From Phoronis australis (lineage: Eukaryota; Animalia; Phoronida): 44,872 bases of DNA. Positions 23,701 through 35,700 of this stretch are shown piece by piece. Position 1 is the first letter of the stretch, and each line of letters starts with the position of its first letter. A program made the position numbers and the translations under genes. The notes under the pieces are model-generated. The model was not told the DNA's origin. It was given only the letters and a program-made list of their open reading frames with translations, and ran no database searches. Where the stretch lies: positions 1 to 44,872 of the forward strand of contig NMRA01000709.1 in assembly GCA_002633005.1 (NCBI GenBank), given 5' to 3'.

Positions 23701-26700
23701 TATCAACATTATTTTGAGAAGTGTTTTTTGGGCCATTGATGTTTTTGTTGGTAACAAAAATCAAATCCTGTCATGGTAAGGAATATAACAAGACCAATTT
23801 TATGAGCTTCAATAACTTAATTGTTTCTGGCACCTAAATACTGAGCATTAAATGTACTATTAAAATATTCACATGCACTCACGTATTGTGATGTGGAATT
23901 GTGGGTAATTTTGCCGATTTCTGAAGTGTATTCTATACACAGTCACGTAACCACTGTAAGTCATAAAGACAATGGGGAAGCTTATTTAATAATTGAGAAT
24001 TTCTCATATGTATGGCAAATCTTAAATTCACCAGCTTTAATGATCAGCTGGTACAAAGGCCTGGGAAATGATCTGACCGTAATAAAATCTGAAGAGAATA
24101 ATATTTTCCAGCTACACTTCTTGGCGAGGAGTTTTGTCACCACACAGCGTATTTGACAATTTTATTTCAATTTCAAAGTATGTTTCTGTAAAAAGTCCAT
24201 AATTCCGGAGAGTTGCTCAGTTTTTAATTCAAACAAGAACCTTAAAACAACATATCAGCAATCAAACCGCTGAAAAACACTTCCAAGATTTGACTACGTC
24301 AGTTCTATCAGTCACAGGCTTCTCTCAGTAAATAAATGCTATCATGTCACAGAAATTACAGTTACATAACGTCAGAGGAAAAGCAAAGAAAGCGCTTCAT
24401 TAATTTACGAACAATTTTTAACACCTAATTAGTCTCAATTGTATCAAATGTTATTATAATCCCACCTCTTGGATAACTATTCATTTTCAGCGATCCAAAT
24501 TAAATCTTTCCTCAAGACTCAATAGAACTCATGATTGATACACTCACCAGTTGGTCTCCAAGTCGCCCATATTGACGAAGACCATAGAAAGAAATGTACT
24601 CCGTAGTGTCACTCACTAAAACAGAGTACAAAGATAGGGTTTTACAAGGCTGCAACAGGTCAGAAAATTATCATTTTCCACTGGTTCTAGCAGAAGTGCG
24701 TTTAATTTCGCTCTTGGTTCTCTTGCTTTGGTGCTTTAAAAAGTATGTAATTATGTTTTGTGCTAAATTACTAACGCTTTTCTGGTTTGAAAATTTAACA
24801 AAAAAGTTTATCGAACTGCAATTAGCGAACAAGTTCATAACACAGAAATATGATTAACTGAAAAATATTCCACAATTCATGTTGTGCAGCTTACAGACTA
24901 GAACAAATAACTACCAAACCTTGCCCCCTCTATTGGCAAAACTCATTTTCACTGCATACCACATACTATCAATCCACACACCCCTCCCACTCCCATGATA
25001 GACAGCTGAATCAACACGGATAGTCAAAGTCTAGAAACTTACCTCCAGCAGCAGTTAATTTCTCCAGCAAGCTCCTCCCTCCTCTGCTGATTGACAGATA
25101 GCTCCAGTGCAGTATAGCCTGAATAGCAGCTCCCTTATTGGTGCCAATCTCTCCCTCAAACCCGGGTAGGAGGGGCATCATAACATACACCCGAAACTTC
25201 TCGCCATTTCTGAAGTAAGATCAGGCAATATTTGACAAGCCTTACAATGCTTCCAAACACAATATTAATAAGACTAACACATCGGATTATCATGAATTCA
25301 GTTTCTCACAAATAACAAATTCATAAGAGAGATGGAGCTAAGCGTAATGCAACATCATTTCCAAGACTTTAAACACTTATGTGATGTGACTTCATATTTT
25401 GTTTAACGACCTGGTGAAAATTCCAGGTCGCCATGCCACATCTAAGCACGATTCAAAATGCACTGGCGAACATTTGGCGTGTTGAACTTCAGGTATCTTG
25501 TTGATTTCAATCTGGTTTGGTGATCTCAGTTCCTGTAGGTTGTATTTGGTGAGTTGACATTATGTCAAGTGTCAATCACTGGATTGGCAACTCTCCTATG
25601 GGCATCACAAAGCATGGAAGTAATAAAGCGACAACAAAATTATGTCCGGCAGTAAAGTAATCACAGTCTGCCATGTTTGTTTTGATGGAAATGGCCATTA
25701 CACACAGGCACTTTAACCAACGGTGAACATCTGAACGAAAACCAGGCGCTAGTATGGAAAAGGGGTTACAAGGACATCATAGCTCTCTGTACATTAAGTA
25801 ATGACTATTATTCAGTGTGCACGTGACCTTGTATTCTTCAATACATCTTGATTGCCACAAATGTTACTGGTTATCTCCTAAGTTAATGAACAATACAAAT
25901 CTGTAAGTAAATAGAATGTTAAATTTGTAAACAAACAGAATGATTTTAAAATTCTTGTAGAGTAAGACACTTACTTATGAGCGCGAAGTATCCTGTTGTA
26001 AAGAGCATCAGCGATGCCATTACTAACTTCATTCCTGTCAGGAATACTGATGAAAAACTGATTCTGCAACAAACATTTATAAAGAACTATAAGACTACAT
26101 CCTTTTCGTTTGGTAAAATCTTAATCTCATTGGGATCAAGTTCACATGGTAGCTACAACAAAAATTCACACATAAAACAAACAAAATTCAAGGTAGCTGA
26201 TGAGTGTCTGGATAGTAGCATATCATATTTAAATTTCCCACAGACTATCACAATTTTGCCCATTTTTTGCACGAAACTTATAAATCCCGTTTAGGCTTAG
26301 CTACCACATTTTTTGGATTATTGGTCAAGACCTTTCTGTAAAAATTGTGATATCCACTTGTGGCAGTCAACTTCTGAAGTTAAAACATTTATAGATAGAA
26401 AATCTCGACAATGTTTGTGCAAAAAATTCAGCCACATCAGTGGAAATTACAATGCAGAAAATGTTCAGTCCATCCAAAATTTGACTTCCAGAAGAAAACT
26501 GTAAATTTCGCCAGGCCAGGTAATGCTCACACAGTCATTAGTGATCATGCGCCCCAGAGTTGAACCCCAGTGACAGACATATAGTCCAGAAATGACTCAA
26601 AACCTAAACTCTCCCACCAAACACAGTAGCTGAATATGCAATTTTTATGTACAATCACTCAACTGTAACAGAGACAGTGAACATCCGAGGTAGGAATCAA

Positions 26701-29700
26701 ACCCAGGATCTCCAAAACACTAGTGGAACACTCTGACCACTGACTGACCTATTAAGACCACGCAAGGAACAGGCAATAATAAAGCTGGCATGGCAGTTAA
26801 GTCCAGTCACTTAAGAATGGTAGTACAGTTAATATCTTCCAATGGGCAATTCGTTTGCAGTGCAAAAGTATCCACTGAATACGGCAAATAGTACTTTCCA
26901 GAAGAATAAGTCGTCATTGGACTCACCTCAATATAGATGTAATGCTTGGCATTCTCTATAGAGTGAATGTAGGCCTTGTGAATGGAGTCTTCCATCTTTT
27001 TTATACCCGCAGACCAGTGGCAAGCACTGCGCAGAATCTGGGGACAAAATTATATTTGTCATTGATATTTATTTGATTTGAATTCAACTTTTGGCAAGGA
27101 AGCGTCAGCACAGGAGAGAGAATTATAGTCAACATAACGTGTAGAACGTACTGACTGTGTGTCATACTTGCACCATTATATAAATCATACAAAAATAGTG
27201 AGCTGCAATAAATTTTGTATCAAAACAACTGAGCATGCCTGTATTTATGAAAACATGCAATATAATACGTTAGTTGCATGGCTTTGTGTTAATGCTTCAC
27301 CTGTAGGCAGTTGTTATCTCACATATAATAATTTTATGCGCATATTAATTATCCTAATTTGGATGGATTAATGTGTTTTTGATCCATACTTTGAACATTT
27401 CATTTAAAATGTCGGTATAAACTGAAGTCAACACCAATAATTTTGTAAGCAATAAATCCAACTTCACTCACAAGTAATTTCTTATACTTGTTCCTTTCAA
27501 TTGGTTTTCGCTCACAAGTGATTCACATAATGAATGCATTTAATTTTGGACATAGGTGCACCTTCACAATCAGGCAAGCACATGGGCCTAAATACAGATG
27601 TGCACAGTAAACAACAATACAGTTTACAGACGAAGTGTTGAAGAAAGATTTATAAGCGTGTGAACTGTTGCCTTACATGAACTCCTAATCACTCCTAACT
27701 ACCGTCTGTAGCCGTTTGGAAAATGTTCTGGACAAGTTTTACTTACCTGTGCATCTACTATCATGGCCGTCTCTCTGAACAGTGTAGCTGGAAGGGTGTA
27801 TGTGTAACACTTGGGAAGTAGTAGTGGGAACTGACCATTGGTTTTAACTTTCTTCATCTAATCATAAACAAAATGCACTTAGCCATATGAGGTTCAATAA
27901 GCAAGATTTAGATGATAGATTGATTTAAGATAATTGGTAAAAAAAATAATTTATCCAAACCTGGTCAACTTTGTAACAACTCATCTCAAAACTGGATTCA
28001 CACAAAACTTTCAGATACTATGATTTATACGTTATATGTTCCCCTTATGCTTGAAAAGAATTCAAAAATAAGACTTCTATGGTTTTCATGGAAAAAAACT
28101 AAATTTGGATAAAAAGAAAACAAAGCACATGTAGGAAACTGATTTTACATTTATCATTTATATCAAATGAAATTTGATCACATGTTACTGAAACTTATTT
28201 TGCTATCAATGTAATACTATTTCCTTTTTAATTTTTACAAATTTTAAAAAGATATGGTCATGTGACCCAATTAATAACAAAATGGTAAAAAGTAATTCTA
28301 CATACTTTCTACTATCAGCAAATAATTATTTTACTAAATAACTCTTTTACTGCAGAGTATGGTTTTCCAGACAGTCATACAGTCAATAAATAAGCTTAAT
28401 CACTTGCTTGATTTTGCCATGATCAAAACATTGATCGGGGTAGAAATAACAATAGCTGGAGACCAGAAGTTAACTCTGTTATCATGTCAGTGAAGAAAGT
28501 GAAGGAATGCAATTCTTAGTCAAATAAGCATAACATTATTTTTGCCCTGATCTCTGTTTTAAAGCACTGAGTATTATGATCATGGCAATGCTGATAATTT
28601 GATCATCAAGCTAAAATCACGCCATTCAAATTAAACAAATTTGCATTGGCAAATGTTCCCACAATCAGACAACTCTACTTGTGGTCGGTACGCAGTTTTA
28701 TCATGCATAACATTAAGCCAGGGCAGGTAACTCATTAAAACAAGAGATCCAGTCCAGAACATGAAGCAAACAGTGACCTTCAAAGATGGTGCAACATGGG
28801 AAATTTTAATTGCTTAGTGCAATATGCCGTGCTGCATTAAACAGTACCAAGCAGGGACTCAACTTAGTTTCCTAAGACGAGTGGGTATTCGTGAAAACAG
28901 TAATGCGACTCAAACAGCAATCAAGAGAATCGGACTAAGTCGATTTTTGGCTTTGATACAAATTGAGACTGAATTCTAAGTTGAATTCCCAATATTAATG
29001 AAAATACGTAGGGATCTTCTTATGCAGCACCCCTAATTTAAAGACTAAGTCCCTAACTAATATGACTCAATTAAGGGCTCATTTATTAGAAAATGTCATC
29101 AGTGAAACAGGAGCTCATAATCAAGATGAAATGGTTCAAAAATATACCATCTGTGAGAAAAAAATGAAAAAATACGCACGATTTAGGAAATTTAATTGCG
29201 TCACTATTTGGGATGGTTTCAGGCAATGGACTCTAAGGTGCTATATTTTAAATTAGTTATTATATTCAATGGTGGTTTTCACTGTCAAAACAAACTAAAT
29301 ATTAGGGACATTACAGTAACGAATATCTGTTTGGATAACATCAATGGATATAAAGTACCTTAGTGAAGTTCCATCTCTGTATAAAGTGTCGTGACACATC
29401 CCTGGCTGCCTTGCCAAAGAGAACACATCCAATATCGTGCCATGGCATGCGTGGCATTGTGGTGCGGTCAATAAAATCTGAACAGATTGAAACAATATTG
29501 NGTGTGGGTTGTACAGGGATTCCTTGAATTTTGGCTTTACAACCAGAACATGACAACAGAGATCACTTTTGAGGAAAATCACACTGTTTCAGCAAAAAGG
29601 ATATCATGGCAACAATTTTGAATGAAGAAATTAACCCGTGACTGTAATGTTTTAGTTTTCAAATACATGAACTTGCTACTCCTAGGAAAACCCCCTCCAT

Positions 29701-32700
29701 ATTGACAAATCAGACAAATTCAACAAAGTGGTATTGACAAAATGTTTTTCATTACAACCACTTACTTGTGAAAGTGGTATCAACTTGATCTTTACTCATA
29801 TCAGAAGTGAGTTCTGGGCTGACAACTAGTTACTACTTCAGACCAGATTTGACACGTAAAATAACCTGCCATGGCAAGCCTCAAACAATGGTGGAGTGTC
29901 ATTTCTTATAAAGCCTAGAATTAATCACTTCCAATCTGAGTGAGGAGCAACACAGTTATAGCAGCCTTACAGTCAGTGACAAGTGATCTAAATTGAACAG
30001 TAAGTTGCGGAAGGCAAAAGTTCATAGGTTCAATTTAAAAAGTGCAGAAAGACTGGATGAAGATAGAAATTAAAGCCAAAAACCAACAGTCCAGTTCGAT
30101 GTCAAGTACCAAATGTTTTTGACAGATCACTTACTGCAGTCATATAACACTCTGAACTTGTTCTTTTATGATTATGAGAAGTGTGTGTTAATCTAACAAA
30201 AAGAACTGAAAGCACATTTATCCTATGGGACTGAATTTAAAATATGGACTTGTATAAGGTCACAACATTTGTATGCCAAAACCAATATGGCTGCAAGCTG
30301 GCCAGGTACTGTATCCACACCAAAACCCCAGATGGAGTACTGCAACGTGATCTAGGGTGCTCTTGTGTAACGAAAAACAATTTCAAGTCAAACCATGACA
30401 CTTCATGCATATCATTATTCACAAAAAGCCTGAACGTGTAACAAGCCGTAAGTCCAAAGTACAACAGGCAAACCACTGACTCCCTTAATAGCCTCAGCCT
30501 AAAATCATGCAATGTCACAAGGCATACCTAAAATTAGTAACAGTTGAAGACAGCTAAGATTGTATTTGTTTAGCTTGTCAATACAATCATGTCGATTGAT
30601 TGTAAAGACTATAGCAGCAAAACAACTCTATAACAAAGATTCCTCATTTCTTCCAAATTTCTCAAAACAACTACAAATAACAGTATTTGAAACAATAAAT
30701 ACAGTTTTAATTGTAATAGTGACTGTCATGATAACTTCTAGTAATTACTTTCAATATTTCATTTTAATCATTTTGATCATGTACCAGAATGTTGGATTGT
30801 GATCAACCAGACAGTCAGAAACTTACAGACAAGCTACACTGCAACCTGTGGTAGGTCTTTGGAGTTAGTTTCAACACCTTTCATAGTTCAACTGTACTTT
30901 ATTTTGTGCAAAGTTCTCAAGAAGACCCACCAGATTTGAGAATTATTCAAAACACAGGCTTGCAACTAATTTTAAGAACATCCACTACGTGTCTTAATTA
31001 GGAGACAAAACTGAAAAAGGAATCACAGTGAAAAGGGGCAAAAGTGTCAGATTCAAACATAGGGCTTCAACAACATCAGGTAATGAAAAACAGCAACTGT
31101 AGCTATAAAAGTAGGCAAATTATATGTAACAACAACATATATACATCACTCGTTACCTTGATCCGGCTAAAGCAAGAAAAAGAGACACATTCAAAATCAC
31201 ACAAGACATCACAAGAGATACAAGTTACAAACACTTTTTCTTAATGTTCGGTAAACTAAATCACCAGCCTGTCAAGTGATATTTCATTTCAAAATAAGGG
31301 TAAAACTACTGTCGGTGGCAGTATATAATTAAGTAAACTTGGCAGCCACTTAATATCCTATTTTTTTCCTGCCACTTTCATAAAACATGTTTTTTTGAAT
31401 ATAAGTACCTGAAGAGAGAAACCAGCGAACTCAGAAAAAGTGCCTTACATCATGCGATTAACATATATTTTTGCTCTAATGGCCAATATCCGCAAACAAT
31501 TCAGACTTCTGTCTGTTTACTTCCTGTAGCAATTTGAGTGCATGTTCAGATGTGGCCTAGTGACTTCGGGGTGGCGTGGGATTTTTACCAGGTCGACAAA
31601 CAAAATCTGAGGTCCCCCTGATTATAGCTTTTGAAATCCTTGGTTATCAAAGCACCTGTAGTATGCATACCATAACAATATTCACACATCACCTATAGTC
31701 ACAAGAGATGTTTTTTTAAAAAAGACAAATTTTCAAGGAGACCCCTGTAACTTCCCCTGGTTCTTGCATAAAACTGACAAATTCTGTTTCTTTATAATTT
31801 TAGTGGCTTCATGACGGTGTCTACCCCATGATTATGACTTACGTCAGCATTTTTGGAAAGTTTGGAAGTTTTGATTTTTGATAATCCATTTTGTGTTGAT
31901 TTCGAGGAAAGAAAAGCAGTGCCCCACTCATTATGCACTCACTGCATTCTTTTTACTTCTAGAAAAATAGGTCACGCAAATAATGCAATGCATATTTGTC
32001 ACTAATTTCTGGAATGGAATAAAACAGGTGATTGACAATCAAAACTGTGAGTAAAGAGGGATTCTTTGGAAAAAAAACATAGCAAGGAAAGAGTATGAGT
32101 TAACCGCCGTCTTGACAGGTACTAAGACTAGGCTGCTGTTCACATATGACGTCCCATTCTCATATTGACGAAAGTTGAAAAAAAAATTAAATAAGTGCAT
32201 TCTGACAGCTAGTAGGAAATCGGAATTTGCATTGTACCCGTGTGTTTTTGAAAGACAAATTAAATCCACCAATTTATGCAAAACAAAGTCTGAAAACCTA
32301 GTATTTCTATAAACGACAAGCATCTTAGTTAAACATACATTACATAAACACACCTTCATAAGGTTTAGTCAACTCTACAAAGTCCTTGGCTATAAAGTTG
32401 ACATAATCCTTTCCTATCCACAGGCGAGTGCCTTCATCACCTCCCACTTTGTTCACATCCAATTCGTTCTCCATGGACTTCAACTGAGGCTCATTGGCCA
32501 CGAGTCTTTACAAACAGAATAAAATCAATGGTTGATGTAAACATCCAGTCACATGTGATGAAAATGAAAAGAACAAAATTTTAAAGCTCCGCATGCTTCC
32601 TCCAGAGTACAATAACAAGGCTGGAGACAATACACTCTAACCCTGTTACAATGCATTCTTGTTTAGATTATTCTTAAACTGGATATAAGGCACAGATTTT

Positions 32701-35700
32701 CAAATCTACACCCGTTACTACAATATACTATAGTGTACAGCTTTCAAAGATCCCTCATTATATATTGTAAAGAGGTTCAACTGTCATACAAATTTATTAA
32801 CAAGTCACAGATCACTACCCAGTAAAAGGAGGGCTTGCTAAAAACAAAGTGGTCATTGCAGACAAAATTATTCCACTGTAACAAATAAACCAGTCAGCTT
32901 TTATAAAATTAATATATCACTATGCAAATTTCAATGAGTGTTAGCAGGACTGATGAGAACCATGTGAAGAGCAAGCCTCAGAATAATCAAATCCAGCATT
33001 AGACAAGTAAAATCTGTATCATGTGTTAATTAGCCAACAAAACTATGAAAGACTATTCAAATGTTGAAATAGTATACACCACAATTGTCACATGATTTGC
33101 ATCAGACTTATCCATTCCTGACAGTTCAAACTCATTGCAATTCATATCTGATTCAGTTCCTTGGAAAAATTTGTATAGCAAGTATTAAGCAAGAAAGTGA
33201 AACAACTTACAAACTGGTGTCCACAAAATCGCTCTCATCCAACTGATTCTCTTCATCTTTGTTTTCAATGCTGTATTTAGTCAATAAACTCAGAGTCTGA
33301 AAGTCAAAGGTGGAATTCAAAACACAAATTTCAACTAAACGCAGAACAAACAAATTTACTACAAACTGACTTAGAATGCCAGTATTAGTCATCACCATAC
33401 TTAACATGGTCATAGTCATAATCAAGATATTTTTTAATCAGAAACGAATGAAACAAGCGGACCCATAAACTGTAGTTGTCTGGATTAATGCCCAGAAGGC
33501 TTAGGGTGGCTATGAACTCGCCTTGTCACAAAACCCCATTTTTATAAAGACCACTTTCCATTATGAAATTGTTCTCAATTTGTATCTTAGTCAAAATTGA
33601 TGCAATTTTTGGCCTTGAAAAGAATTGACAGGTTTTTATTACAGTAACTGTTCACCAGGCTGTATAAGTTGACTTGTCACAGCATGTTATTTCATGTGCC
33701 AAGCATAGTCTTGTGAAATGACAAACCAATATTATCACCTCTCATCCAAATGAAGGCAAGTTGAGACCAATTTTACAAGGTGGTCAAAATCAAGTTTGTT
33801 TATTCGACAAAACACGGGTTTACTTATTCTAAATTGGGAAATAATCCTATCAGCGACTAGAGTTTAAACTGAGTACGGGCATTCAAAAATTCAAAAAAAT
33901 TGTTGACAGGAATAAATTATTCACCCATCAAACAGATGATTCATCCAACCCCATGCCTACAGCATTGTTCACAAAAAGTATTACTTACTTCTTAGAATGC
34001 GCACGAGCCCAAAGAACCATTTCAAGTCGTTTTAAATAAAAAGAAAGTAACTTTACCCACCCGAATGTGGCATGATTGCTGCTCAAATTGCCGTTATCAA
34101 ACACAAATCAAAAATCCGACTTTGACATTCTTTATGCTGATATCAAAATGCCAGAACTTACGAATTTCCGTGTCTTAGTCACGAACTGGGGCGTTGATGG
34201 CTTGCCAAGAACAGTCATAGCAGTGCCAGCATGCCATGTTTCATAAGACTTGTCATTGTCATCATCCTCATCATTCGTAGTCATGGCTGGTTTAACCGAT
34301 GATGCATGCCACGTCTGGTACGACTCATCCTCACCAGGTGGTGTCAGCATCAGGTCTGGTGGCTTGTTCCTCCTTTCCAATCCAGAAGAGCAGGACTGTT
34401 GCGCGGCAAGGACAGGTTTGTTGGAAAATGAAACTTTAGGCTTTGGTGATTGATCATTGTTCATCTTGTCTGTTTTTAGTTCCTTATCATAAACGTCATA
34501 ACTCGTGGATGGGCCCGTGACAACAAGAGAGTCCACCTCATCAAAGTAATTGGTGTTATCAATCATATTTTTATTCAAACTAGACTGAAGCATCATGCTT
34601 TGACGCCTTTCATCGCACTCAACGACTGGTTGAATTTCAGAAGGAGGAGCATCAGACGAGGATGGATTGTACATGTCATGTGACACAGGAGCCTCATAGT
34701 CGAGAATCGAGTCAACACTGACAAGCCTTTTAACAATATTTCTCATCTCAGCGATGCGCTCCTTCTGCCTAACCACTCCTCTAGCGTATCCAGGGCTCCC
34801 TTCAATCCTAGACTGTTTTCTGAGAGTTCGCGTTTTACGTGGCGGACCACGGGATTGCTCCGACACAGAGCGACCTAACGGTGGTGGGGTCAGTCTCCCA
34901 GCCTCCCATTCAGAATCTGTTGAGCTTTGGATTGAGGCGAACGCCTCCACGTTCTTTGATAGTCGAAACTGGACATTTTTACGTGGTGCACTCTCAACAG
35001 AGCGCCGTGGTGTCGTAGCAGGTGAGTCAACTACATCCTGAGACAAGGCTGGTTGAAGTAAAGGCAGACTTTCATCCAAACTCTGCCCATGCCCACTGTC
35101 CTTCGAACTCTGCTTGGTCGTCCTTCGCTCATTTCCATCACTCTCTGCATAGTTCCTCTCTGGGGCAGGACTAGACTGCGATGACTCAAACAAACCACTA
35201 TCATCCATCAGCTGTTTTTCATTCCATGGATCACCACTCGCAACAAGGTCACTGTTTTTTGTACCTATTTCACTACGATCAACCATCGCCTGGCCACAGA
35301 CCACCTCCACATCAGGTTTTCCACCACCAGACTTCATCCAGTTGAGCAAAGTACAATTTTCTGTTAAGTCAGCATCAGGGTAGTCCAGCTTACTGTGTTC
35401 ACGCATGAAGTCTAATCTATTGGTATCAGTTGTATTAGTTCCATCACTACCAAGAGTTTCCATTAACAATGCTTCCCGTTTCTTGTCTACAACACCTTGA
35501 AGCGTTGGTCCCATGTCTGTTTCATTACAACCTCCAGAAAGTTCCTTCAGCTCTGAATTAAAATTATTTTTAGTAAGACCAGCAAAGAATGCATTGCTAT
35601 CCTCGACACTAATTTTACTCTCACTAAAACCATTTTGATTATCACTGCCTGTTAAATGCCTCGACTTTTCTCCTGGAAAGGTTTCATGGTCACTCCTCCC

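Noticed and set aside
26683-26755. Functional tRNA gene
   Set aside because: The B-box is mutated and the acceptor/D stems do not pair; better explained as a SINE head.
33989-34045. Exon-like segment with a strong GTAAGT donor and pyrimidine tract (minus strand)
   Set aside because: No AG acceptor follows the tract, and the PLD frame is already closed by exon 33296-33211.
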